DNA of 64,000 nucleotides from a virus, in IMG/VR virus record IMGVR_UViG_3300006752_000018, positions 1 to 64,000 of that record, one strand, 5' to 3'. Shown one piece after another: positions 1 through 11,100 of the stretch (position 1 is the first letter of the stretch; each line of letters starts with the position of its first letter). The position numbers and the translations under genes were made by a program. A model generated the notes under the pieces. It was not told the origin of the DNA. It searched no databases and saw only the letters and a program-made list of their open reading frames with translations.

Positions 1-1
1 A

Positions 2-3000
2 GGCATTAGCGGAAAAGTTGTATATGTTGAAGGTGCTGTATATGAAGGTGCATTTGGTCCTGCAAGTTCAAACGGGTCTCAGTTTGGACAAGTTATTGTT
101 GGTGCTGGACCAGGTGGAACAGAAATTGTTACACCGCCATACGAAGATTTAACAATTGGTGCAGGTACCGGTGGTAACACTTCAGTTGGCGGCAACGATG
201 ATATTGTTATAGACGGCCAAGGTAACACAGCAATTGGACAAGGCGGCGGCACAACTACTATCGGTGAAAACGTTGAAGTTGATCCAAACGGTAATTTAAC
301 TCTTTCATCAATTGCAATTAATGGTAACAGAATAGAAACATATGATTCAAATGCTAACTTAGAGCTACTAGCAGCAGGCACAGGCATAATTGATATGTTA
401 AGTGATGTTGTTGCTCCTAGCTTAACTGTAAGTGATTTGACAGCAGGGCGTGTTGTGCTTGCTGGCACTGACGGAGAATTAGAAGACAGTTCAAATCTAA
501 CATTTGACGGAACTACATTAACACTTACTGGTAATGCAAATATTACAGGCGATCTAACTTTAGGTGGTAACATAACTATTGGTGATGCTGACACCGACTC
601 GATTACAGTAGCAGCAGACTTTGAATCGCACTTAATACCAAACGATGATGATACATATGATTTAGGTACAGACGAAAAGCGTTGGCGTTCATTATATGTA
701 AGCGGTAGTACAATCTACTTAGGTGGATTACAAATGGAAGATAACGGCGAAGGCGGCCTTGTAATTGTAGGACCTGATGGCTCACGCACAGACTTTGAAG
801 CAAGTGTAATTGATGCACATAGCATTGTAGTTGATGAGATTAGCATTGACGGAAACGTAATTCAAACACTTAACACTAACGCAGATTTGGAACTAGATGC
901 TGCTGGTACAGGTAGAATACTTGCTAAAGGTATTGATGTTAACATGCCAGAAGGCAATGTACATTACGTTACTGCAAATGGTGATGATAATAATAGCGGA
1001 TCACTTCCTAATGATGCTTTTGCAAGTGTTTCGTTTGCATTAACACAAGCAAGCGCAGGGGATATAATTGAAATAAGTGCCGGTACATTTGAAGAAACAT
1101 TTCCATTAGATGTACCTGCAAATGTTACAGTACGAGGTACAGGGTTACGTGCAACACAGATTAAACCTACAGCAGCAACAAGAGACTTAGATGGATTTAG
1201 AGTTGACGGCGGCGTTGTAATTGAGTCAATGACTATCCGTGAAATGGAATACAATACTACCAACGATACAGGTTATGCTATACGTTACAAGCCAACAGCA
1301 AGTGTTACAATACGTTCGGCGTATATCAAAGACATCACTGTTGCAAACTTTGGCTCTAGTGTAAGATTAGGTACAAATGCAGCAGATGATCCATACGGAT
1401 TTTTAGCAGGTGATTCAGGTCGAGGGGCACTAGTAGACGGTGCAAGTATTGCTGCTGGATCTATTGAACCAGCAATGTTGTTTGATAGTGTTACATTTAT
1501 TGTTCCTAACAGTAGTGGACTTATTATTACTAACGGTGCTAGAGTAGAATGGCTTAACTGTTTTACATACTTTGCTAATGAAGGCATCAAAGGTGTAACA
1601 GGTGCAACAGGTAGAGGTGGTGTAGGAAAAACACGTATTACTCTAGGCGGTGTTACTGGAACAATTGCAGCAGGAGACGTTGCAACATTTACATCTACAG
1701 ATGGATCTACAGTAGCTACTCTAACAGTTGACGCAGTAGAGGGCGGAACTACAATTGTACAAAACGGAAAGTATGATGATTTAGAAGGATTTGACTTTAC
1801 ACCAGAATCAATTACTTTTGACGGCGGCGCTAGTGCAACATCTATTTTAAGATATGACCGTAAAGAGTTTGGTGCAGAAATGCGTTCAATTGCATCTGCA
1901 AACGTGTACGGTAACTACGGACTAATAGCAGATGGAGCTGACACAAGTTTAAGAATGGTGTCACACAACTTTGGCTATATTGGTGTAGGTAAAAGACTAG
2001 ACAACGACGATAGTGCAGTAATACAAGCAAATGAAATTACAGAACTAAACGGTGGCCGTGTTTATTATTCAAGTGTTGACCAAAGAGGCGATTTTAGAAT
2101 CGGTGATCACTTTACTGTCGATCAACAAACAGGTAATACAACATTCCAAGGTGGAACATTTGATGTCACAACATTAACTGGTATCAACTTTATAAATGGT
2201 GTAAACACAACTATAGTAGATCCTTTCAAAGTACAAACAGGAAATGTACGTTTATCAGGTAACACAATTTCTACTGTTACTGGAGGATTAAATATTACAC
2301 CTGCAGGATCAGCAGATGTAACAGTTACAGCAAATACAAATGTTACAGGTAACACAAACGTTGGTGGTGAATTAAATGTAACAGGAGATACAACACTTTC
2401 AGGAAACTTAGATGTAACAGGAAATGTTAACATTGGTGGTAACATTACTATTGGTGATGCAGATACTGATGCAATTACAGTAGCAGCAGATTTTGAATCT
2501 AACCTAATACCAGACGAAGCAGACAAGTATGATTTAGGTAGTACAACAAAACCTTGGCACAAACTATATGCATCATTAGTTGATGTAGGTCAACTAAATG
2601 TTGAAGATATACAAATTAATGGTAACCGTATCGAAACTGTGAATACAAACAGTCCTCTAGAATTAGATGCAGCTGGTACAGGTACAATTGAATTACAAAC
2701 AGATACAAACATAACCGGAGATGCAACAGTCAGCGGAACACTAGATGTAACTGGAGTAGCGTCTTTAAATGACGCACTAGACGTTGCAGGACTTGCATCA
2801 TTAGATGGCGGTATTGATGTTGATGGTGCATTTACTGTTGCTGATACTACAGGAAATGTAAACACAACTGGCACACTTGATGTAACAGGTGATACTACGC
2901 TACAGGTATTAAACGCACAAGAAACTACTCTAAGCAGTGCAACAATATCAGATCTAACAGCTGGTCGTGTTGTACTAGCAGGTACTTCGGGTGCAATTGA

Positions 3001-6000
3001 AGATAGTGGCAACTTAACATTTGATGGAACAACATTAGATATTACAGGTAACATAGATGTAAGCGGCGATGTTACTATCGGCGGTAATATACAAATCGGT
3101 GATGCAGATACAGATGCAATCACTGTTGCTGCTGACTTTGAATCACATTTAATTCCAAATGCTGACGAAACTTATGACTTAGGTAGTGCAACTAAAAAAT
3201 GGCGTAACTTATATGTTGCAGGACAAACTATTCATTTAGGCGGTATTCAACTTAAAGAAGAAAATGGCGGATTTAAGGTTGTTGATGCAAGTGGTAACGA
3301 AATGGATATTACTGGTGGTACAATTTTTGCTGATAGGTTAATCGGCGAAGATTTAACTATTGACGGTAACAAGATACAAACTACTCTTACTAATAGCCCT
3401 GTTGAAATAGTTGCAGCAGGAACTGGTACAGTAGAACTATTATCAGATACAAATATTACAGGTGCAGCAGCAGTATCAACTACATTAGATGTAACTGGTG
3501 CAACTACACTTAATGACACATTAGATGTAACTGGTAATGCAACATTGCAAGTATTAGATGCACAAGAGACAACACTTAGTAGTGCAACAATATCCGATCT
3601 AACTGCAAACAGAATAGTTCTTGCTGGTACATCAGGTGCAATTGAAGATAGTGCTGCACTAACATTTGACGGCACTGATATGATTATCGGTACTACAAGT
3701 TCATTACAAATTCCTGTAGGTACAACAGCAGAACGACCTACTCCTGTAACTGGACAGATGCGTTTTAACTCAACTGACACAGCGTTTGAAGGATATGACG
3801 GTACTGCGTGGGCATCATTAGGCGGAGTAAAAGATGTTGATCAAGATACAAAGATTATTGCTGAGTCATCACCTGGTACAGATAATGATGAATTAGATTT
3901 TTATACTGCTGGTTCAGTACGTATGCAAATTGGCGCTACTGGGGATTTAGGATTTGGATCAAACTTAACTGAATTTACAATTGCTCAAGCAACTGGTAAT
4001 ACTGCTATAGGTGGTACATTAGATGTTACAGGAACATCTACTTTAACTGATACAGGTGTTACTGGCACTTTAACTGTAACCGGTAATGCGTCTATTGATA
4101 ACATTGATATAGACGGAAGTACAATTGGAGCAAGCACTGATATTACAATCGATCCTAATCCAACTGGTGCAGGCGGAACATTAAATGTTGCAGGACTTTT
4201 AGATGTTACAGGTAATACAACATTACAAAGTGATTTAGGTGTTACTGGAGAAACAACACTTGCAAGTGCAATAGTAAGCGACTTGACTGACAATAGAATT
4301 GTAATTTCAGGCACAAGTGGTGCAATAGAAGATGATGCAAACTTAACATTTGATGGTACTGAATTTAGCATCGGCACTGGCAACTTCACAGTTCAACAAG
4401 CAACAGGTGATACTCTTGTAGCAGGTGATTTGCACGTAGACGGAACAACAACACTAGCTGGGCTAAACTTAGAAAGTTTAACAGATGGCCGTGTGTTGTT
4501 AATGGGCGCAACTGAAATTGAAGATAGTGCTAACTTAACTTTTGATGGTACAACATTAACAACAACTGCATTAGCCTTAGATAATATTACAATTGATGGT
4601 AATACGATTGCAACAACATCAGGTACACTTACTATTGATCCTACTCCAGCAGGTAGTGCAGGTACAGTAACTATACAAGGTGACTTGCAAGTTATGGGTA
4701 CAACAACTACAATTAACAGCACTGTAACAACATTAGACGATCCTATACTTACACTAGGCGGAGACGTTGCTCCTACTACTGACGATACTAAGGACAAAGG
4801 TATAGAATTCCGTTGGCATACAGGCGTAGATGCAAAAGTTGGATTCTTTGGATTTGATAGAACTGATGAAAAATTTGCATTTATTGCAGACGCTACAAAC
4901 AACACAGAAGTATTTGCAGGAACATTAGGTAATGCAAAGTTTGGTAACATTGATGCTGTAGATATCAACGCAACAGGAAATGTTACAATAGGCGGTAACA
5001 TTACAATTGGTGATGCAGACACAGACGGTATTACTATTGCTGGTGAATTTGATTCACATCTAATACCTAATGATACACTTACATTTGATTTAGGAAGTGA
5101 AGACAAAAGATGGCGTGACTTATATCTAGGCGGTAATTCAATTTACTTAGGTGATGTAACAATGAGTCAACATATTGGCGGTATGATGGTACATATGCCA
5201 GGTAGTGATACTATGATGGATTTGTATGCTGCACAGATTAATGCAGGCACACTTCTGTTAGACAATATTAGGGTTGACGGAAACTTAATTACAACAACAG
5301 AATCAGATAGTAATTTAGAACTTTCGCCTAACGGATCAGGTACTATTGATTTACTTGCTGATACTAATATAACAGGCGCATTAACTACAGGTGACATTGA
5401 TGCAGCAGCTATAACAGCAGCAACACTAGAAACAACTCAAACAGTTACAGTTGGATCAAATATCAATGTAGATGGAGATATTATTACTCCGTCAATTACA
5501 ATTACTGATAACACAATCGCAACTAACACTACAAATGCAGCATTAGAATTAAAAGCAGCAGGAACAGGTGCAGTTGAAGTTATTGGTAAATTTAACATTG
5601 AAAATACTACAGAAGTTGATGCAATTTTAGATGAAGATGATTTAGTAAGCGATAGTGCAACAGCTATACCTACACAGCAAAGTGTAAAAGCGTATGTAGA
5701 TGATCAAGTAACTGGTGTATCGTCGAGTCAAATAGGAAATCAAATTACGTTAGGTGCACCAGCTGACGGTGGTTATCAAGACGGTGCCTATAAAGAACTT
5801 AGTGGAACAAGTAACGTGGCAGAAGCAATTGATCAATTAAACGAGACTATGTTAAATGTAGCAAATGATACTTTTGTAAGAAGTGTTGCATTTACTGGAA
5901 CACCATTAGCAGGCGGTGAAGGTACAAGTGTTACACTAACTATTGTTAAAGAAGGCAATCCAAACAAATATGATATTGATTGGGGCGATGGTACAACTGA

Positions 6001-8152
6001 TACAGTAACAAGTCTTACACCTAGTCATACATATACAAGCAATGTAAATAGTCCTTTTACAGTAGAAGTTAGAGCTTACAACGATAACGGCACAGGATAC
6101 GGTAGTGAATTTACTGCTGAAGAAGTTGATTACGTAATAATTTACACAGCAGATCCTGTTATGGCATTTAGATTATATAGAGCTTCATCAGGCGGAACTG
6201 CACTTACAGGTAATGATTTATATGTAGACGAAGGTGATAGTCTGTATATGGAAAACATTACCACAAATACACAAATGGCAGATGTTACATACTCTATGGA
6301 TTGGGGCGATGGCACGTCGGCAGATAGTATTGCAAGTGATAGTGCTTCAGGTGGCGTATTAGGTACAAGATTAGCACACACTTGGGGAGCAGGAACAGCA
6401 ACCGGCAACGGGCGTGACACATTAACTCTTTCATTACTAACACACACATCAGCAACACCTAGTTTATTTCCAATGAGTACTACGGAAGATATAAAAGTGT
6501 ATAATCCAAACATTGCTGCTCCGAACGGATTAGGTACTAAGACGATACTTGTACAAGAAGCAGTATCGAGTAATCCTAGACTAGCACATGGATTTACAGA
6601 TAACACAAGTAGCACTACATTGACAGCAGGTTCAACAGTTAAAAGAACAAGTTCAGCAGTTAGTGTGTTTACAAAAACACAGTCTACATTTGCTTATAAT
6701 GCATCAGCAGGTGAATTAATTGCAAAAGTTGATGGAATTAATGTTAACAATATTCAACTAGATGCTACTGATAATACAGGAGTTGTAGGTTCATTAGAAA
6801 TACAAGAAGAATCAGATTACAATTTGCTTAATACAGACGGCAGTGGTTTATCATTTAGTAGCACAATTTATACTCCAAACTTATACAAAGGGTTTAAAGC
6901 TAAAATTGCACATGATAGTTCTTCTAACTTTGACCCTGGAATACATACATTCCAAATTACTCATAGTACAGAAGGTAATACAAACATAGAAGAATTTGTA
7001 CATGACCCAATTGGAGATCCAACTATTACAGCTGGTACTGTAGTCGAAGGTGCAGCAGGAACTAAGAGATACATTAGTGGTATTCCTTATTACAATGGTA
7101 GTAACACAATTATATTACAAAACTGGCAAGTAGAAGATTTTTGTGGACAAGTATTTAACGATCATTCAACTGGACTTAATGCACCAGTGTTTATTGAAAC
7201 TGGTAGCGACTACGAAGGAACATCTGGTTCTATAGGTACTAACCAAAATTACAGTCATTCACAGATGAGTAATCCTAGCAGTCCTATGTTAAACGGAAGT
7301 AATGTTATAGCAAACGTAGGAGTAGGCACACCATACACGATGAATAATTTTACAATGTCTGTAGGTAACGTAGCCAATCAGCGCACTGTGTCAAATGCAG
7401 AAATGAGAATACTTAATGTAAATGGGTTTAGTGATAGAGTAGATTCCAACGAAAAAATTCAAGTCCATACAGCAGCGCAAAGTGGTATAAGTGAAATAGC
7501 AATTCCAGTTTCAAATAGCTTAGGATCAACTTATAGCGACGACGGTAAGCGTAGCACAGCATTCCTTGCTGCAACAACTGACACCCCGGCATTCAACGGA
7601 GCAACAAACTTTTATACCAGTAGTGTTTACTCAGAATCGAGTGACCCCGGAGTTGAAGGAACACAAGAAGCAACTATAAGATTAGGAGTATTAGAAAATA
7701 ATACAGTAGATTATAGCACAGGATTTTTACCAGCAGGCCCAGATAGAAGTAGCGATAGCGGCACACAATATTTTACAATGGCATTTAGAAGAAGTGCTGT
7801 AAGTAAATTTAGAATTAACATTACATCCAGTGGAATAAGCGGATTATGGATAGCAGTACCGGGCACTGATATCGACGCTGCTAGTTCTCTTAATGGATGG
7901 TTACGTGCAGATCAAGCATTTGGCGGATCAGGCACACCAGGTGCAGATAGCAGTAATGGCGGTAATGGTAGTAACGGTGTTGCGGATGGACCTGCAAACA
8001 CCATTGGTAATAATACAAGTTTAAGCGGAAATTATCAAATGACGTTAGGAATAGTAAGTACTACAGATGCAACAGGTAATGTTGTGTTAGTAAGAATAGC
8101 ATTAGCAGCAGGACAAAGTGTTAGCAGTTTGTCAATAGTAGAAGGCGTATAA
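2..8152 (+). CDS. Giant tail fibre/virion structural protein, 5'-truncated (>2716 aa); beta-helix domain, fibre shaft repeats, two PKD-like domains, C-terminal globular domain
   Basis: The frame of ORF 395..8152 is open from nt 2 (GISGKVVYVEGAVYEGAFGP...), and this segment aligns with the N-terminal region of the next gene, so ATG395 is internal. It contains YVxxNGDDNNSG...GTFEETFP (pectin-lyase-like entry), PVGTTAERP..GQMRFN..FEGYDG (fibre knob) and two DWGDG PKD-like motifs (about 5900-6520). Confidence 0.85.
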   Translation, partial: GISGKVVYVEGAVYEGAFGPASSNGSQFGQVIVGAGPGGTEIVTPPYEDLTIGAGTGGNTSVGGNDDIVIDGQGNTAIGQGGGTTTIGENVEVDPNGNLTLSSIAINGNRIETYDSNANLELLAAGTGIIDMLSDVVAPSLTVSDLTAGRVVLAGTDGELEDSSNLTFDGTTLTLTGNANITGDLTLGGNITIGDADTDSITVAADFESHLIPNDDDTYDLGTDEKRWRSLYVSGSTIYLGGLQMEDNGEGGLVIVGPDGSRTDFEASVIDAHSIVVDEISIDGNVIQTLNTNADLELDAAGTGRILAKGIDVNMPEGNVHYVTANGDDNNSGSLPNDAFASVSFALTQASAGDIIEISAGTFEETFPLDVPANVTVRGTGLRATQIKPTAATRDLDGFRVDGGVVIESMTIREMEYNTTNDTGYAIRYKPTASVTIRSAYIKDITVANFGSSVRLGTNAADDPYGFLAGDSGRGALVDGASIAAGSIEPAMLFDSVTFIVPNSSGLIITNGARVEWLNCFTYFANEGIKGVTGATGRGGVGKTRITLGGVTGTIAAGDVATFTSTDGSTVATLTVDAVEGGTTIVQNGKYDDLEGFDFTPESITFDGGASATSILRYDRKEFGAEMRSIASANVYGNYGLIADGADTSLRMVSHNFGYIGVGKRLDNDDSAVIQANEITELNGGRVYYSSVDQRGDFRIGDHFTVDQQTGNTTFQGGTFDVTTLTGINFINGVNTTIVDPFKVQTGNVRLSGNTISTVTGGLNITPAGSADVTVTANTNVTGNTNVGGELNVTGDTTLSGNLDVTGNVNIGGNITIGDADTDAITVAADFESNLIPDEADKYDLGSTTKPWHKLYASLVDVGQLNVEDIQINGNRIETVNTNSPLELDAAGTGTIELQTDTNITGDATVSGTLDVTGVASLNDALDVAGLASLDGGIDVDGAFTVADTTGNVNTTGTLDVTGDTTLQVLNAQETTLSSATISDLTAGRVVLAGTSGAIEDSGNLTFDGTTLDITGNIDVSGDVTIGGNIQIGDADTDAITVAADFESHLIPNADETYDLGSATKKWRNLYVAGQTIHLGGIQLKEENGGFKVVDASGNEMDITGGTIFADRLIGEDLTIDGNKIQTTLTNSPVEIVAAGTGTVELLSDTNITGAAAVSTTLDVTGATTLNDTLDVTGNATLQVLDAQETTLSSATISDLTANRIVLAGTSGAIEDSAALTFDGTDMIIGTTSSLQIPVGTTAERPTPVTGQMRFNSTDTAFEGYDGTAWASLGGVKDVDQDTKIIAESSPGTDNDELDFYTAGSVRMQIGATGDLGFGSNLTEFTIAQATGNTAIGGTLDVTGTSTLTDTGVTGTLTVTGNASIDNIDIDGSTIGASTDITIDPNPTGAGGTLNVAGLLDVTGNTTLQSDLGVTGETTLASAIVSDLTDNRIVISGTSGAIEDDANLTFDGTEFSIGTGNFTVQQATGDTLVAGDLHVDGTTTLAGLNLESLTDGRVLLMGATEIEDSANLTFDGTTLTTTALALDNITIDGNTIATTSGTLTIDPTPAGSAGTVTIQGDLQVMGTTTTINSTVTTLDDPILTLGGDVAPTTDDTKDKGIEFRWHTGVDAKVGFFGFDRTDEKFAFIADATNNTEVFAGTLGNAKFGNIDAVDINATGNVTIGGNITIGDADTDGITIAGEFDSHLIPNDTLTFDLGSEDKRWRDLYLGGNSIYLGDVTMSQHIGGMMVHMPGSDTMMDLYAAQINAGTLLLDNIRVDGNLITTTESDSNLELSPNGSGTIDLLADTNITGALTTGDIDAAAITAATLETTQTVTVGSNINVDGDIITPSITITDNTIATNTTNAALELKAAGTGAVEVIGKFNIENTTEVDAILDEDDLVSDSATAIPTQQSVKAYVDDQVTGVSSSQIGNQITLGAPADGGYQDGAYKELSGTSNVAEAIDQLNETMLNVANDTFVRSVAFTGTPLAGGEGTSVTLTIVKEGNPNKYDIDWGDGTTDTVTSLTPSHTYTSNVNSPFTVEVRAYNDNGTGYGSEFTAEEVDYVIIYTADPVMAFRLYRASSGGTALTGNDLYVDEGDSLYMENITTNTQMADVTYSMDWGDGTSADSIASDSASGGVLGTRLAHTWGAGTATGNGRDTLTLSLLTHTSATPSLFPMSTTEDIKVYNPNIAAPNGLGTKTILVQEAVSSNPRLAHGFTDNTSSTTLTAGSTVKRTSSAVSVFTKTQSTFAYNASAGELIAKVDGINVNNIQLDATDNTGVVGSLEIQEESDYNLLNTDGSGLSFSSTIYTPNLYKGFKAKIAHDSSSNFDPGIHTFQITHSTEGNTNIEEFVHDPIGDPTITAGTVVEGAAGTKRYISGIPYYNGSNTIILQNWQVEDFCGQVFNDHSTGLNAPVFIETGSDYEGTSGSIGTNQNYSHSQMSNPSSPMLNGSNVIANVGVGTPYTMNNFTMSVGNVANQRTVSNAEMRILNVNGFSDRVDSNEKIQVHTAAQSGISEIAIPVSNSLGSTYSDDGKRSTAFLAATTDTPAFNGATNFYTSSVYSESSDPGVEGTQEATIRLGVLENNTVDYSTGFLPAGPDRSSDSGTQYFTMAFRRSAVSKFRINITSSGISGLWIAVPGTDIDAASSLNGWLRADQAFGGSGTPGADSSNGGNGSNGVADGPANTIGNNTSLSGNYQMTLGIVSTTDATGNVVLVRIALAAGQSVSSLSIVEGV

Positions 8153-8156
8153 TTAA

Positions 8157-11100
8157 ATGGCGATAAGCGATATACAAAAAATTGATTACCTTTGGAAAAA
8201 GATAGGTTACGGCGTAAGTAAGTCAGATGTTGAATCTAACAAAGGTGCTACAAACGAAGCTATAGCAAGTCCGTTACTAATAAGAAGTGATAAAATTTGG
8301 GGAGATAGTGCTGAAATTCCAAATGTAATACCTGCTACAAGTGCTTCTCCTGTTACTGTTTACATAGGTGCTAATGCTGTTGAGTGTACTGAAGACGGTA
8401 CAGCAAGTGCAAGACGTACTTGGTTAACTGGAAGCACTGACTGGATACCTACAGAGTTTGGCGCTACTTATAATGTCAAAGTATATGCTGATAGTCCTAG
8501 CGCAGCTGATCCAACTAGTACAGGTACACAATTATTTGCTGTTGGTGCAGGTGATAATGACGAATGGTTTTTTGATTATCAAGCTGGAACAGTGCATTTT
8601 ATAGGTACTAATTTACCTAGTGTACTAACTGCATCAAAAGTTATATACGTTGTCGGAGCTGTTTACTCGGGTGCATTTGGTCCATCTTCATCAGGCGGCA
8701 CACAGTTCGGTGGTGTTATTATCGGAGGCGGTGATGGAGGAACAGAAATAACAACTCCTCCGGGCGAAGATCTAGATGTAGGTGCAGGCGGAAGTGGTGA
8801 TACAAATATTGGTAGTGGCGGTGGCTCTACCAATATTGGGGATAATGTAACTATTGATCCAAACGGTAATTTACTCTTAGATCAAATTGCAATTAATGGT
8901 AACAGAATAGAAACATTTAACTCAAACGCAAATCTAGAACTTGTTGCAGTCGGTACTGGTATTGTTGATGTATTAAGTGATATGACTGTTACAGGACTTA
9001 CTGTATCAGATTTAGATAATGAAGGCATTGTAATTGCATCAGCAAACGGAGAATTAACTACATCTTCAGATGTTACATGGAATGGCACTACTTTAGAAGT
9101 AGATGGATCAGTTACAGCTGAAAGTTTTATAAGTGATGGTACAGGAACACCAACTTTAGAAAGTGCAACAAACATTGTTTTTGATGCAGGTAATGCTGTC
9201 ATTGCAGAAATAAACAGCACAGAAGTTGCTAGATTTGTTTCAACAGGACTAGAAATAACACAAGGCGGAATAACAACGCCTACATTAACAGTAAGCGGAA
9301 ATACAGAATTAGGCGATGCAAATTCAGATACTATTACATTAAATGCACAATTTGCATCTGATTTAATACCAGCAGGTAGTAACACAAAAAATATAGGTTC
9401 TTCGAATGCATACTGGGCGGAAGGATATATTACTACACTAGAAGGTACTGATGCAACATTTACTACATTTACAGGTGACTTAGTTGGTAACGCAGATACT
9501 GCAACAGTATTAACAACAGCAAGAAATATTACACTACAAGGCGATGTTACTGGTACAGCATCATTTGACGGATCTGCAAATGCAATTTTGACTACAACTA
9601 TAGAATTAGATTCAATTGTATTAGGAGATGACACAACTGGAAATTATGTTGAAACCATAGCAGATGACGGTAATGGTACATTAGTACTTTCTGGTAGTGG
9701 TTTAGAAAGTGCTGCTGTAACTATAGGATTAAACACTACAAGTGTTAGCGTTGGTACATATGGTAGTGCTACTGCTATTCCTAGCTTTACTGTAGATAAC
9801 TATGGTAGATTAACTGCTGCATCAGAAATAAATGTTGCTACTGAATTAAACATTACTGACGGAACAAATAACGATACTGTTAGTTTGCTTACTGATACAC
9901 TTACATTTGAAGGTACTGCACTTGAAACAGAAGTTGTTGTATCAAATAATAAAGTAACTGTAGGACTTCCTAGTACAGTAGAAATTACAACAAATCTTAC
10001 TGTTGGTAATGATTTGTTTGTAGACGGAAATTTAACAGTAAGCGGTTCAACAACAACAGTTGACACAACTGTTATGACATTAGAAGATCCTGTAATACGT
10101 TTAGGTGTTAGTAGCTTATCTGCAAATGACGGTAAAGATAGAGGTAATGAATTCCTTTGGCATAATGGAGCAGCAGCAAAACGAGGATTCTTTGGATTTG
10201 ATAACGGTACAGGTAAATTTACATTTATACCAGATGCTGTCAACACAAGTGAAGTATTTACAGGTAATGCTGGCGATGCTTTATTTGGTACAGTAACAGC
10301 AGATTTAATAGGCGATGTAACAGGTAATGTTACAGGTAACGTAACTGGTACAGCTGGATCGTGGGGTACTGCAAGAACAATTACACTAGGTGGAGACTTA
10401 GAAGGTAGTGTAGCAATTGACGGTAGTGCAAATGTTACATTAACAGCTACAGTTGGAGAAAATGCAGTTCTTTTAGGTACTGATACAACAGGAAATTATG
10501 CTGAAGATATTACAGTCAGTGGTGTTGGATTAAGTGTTGCACAAGTAGCAGGCGAGGCAGTGCAGTATGAAATTGTTTCTAATGCTACAGATGCAAACAC
10601 TGCAAGTACAATTGTAGCAAGAGATGCAAGTGGAGATTTTACAGCAGGTACTATTACAGCTGACTTAGTTGGTAATGCTGACAGTGCAACTGAAGTTACA
10701 ATAACTGCTAATCCTACAGCAAACGAAAATGTTTATCTAGTATTTGCAGATAGCTCCGCTACTGGTACAAACGGATTAGAAGTCGATAACGGGTTATCAT
10801 ATAACCCTGCAGGTGGAATAATTACAAGTACATCTTTTGCAGGTAATTTAATAGGTGATGTAAAATCTACTGGTGGACAAACTGTTTTAGATAGCGGCAA
10901 CGACGGCACAAATGCTTTCTTTAAAGGTGACATTAAAGCTACAGGCGGAACTACTGTTTTAAACAGCGGCACTAATGGAAATGATGCAACATTTGCAGGT
11001 GATGTAACTGGTGATTTGACAGGTGATGTAGTAGGTAATGTAGTTGGAGATCTAACAGGAGACACAACAGGTTATCATTTAGGTGATGTACAAGGTAGTG

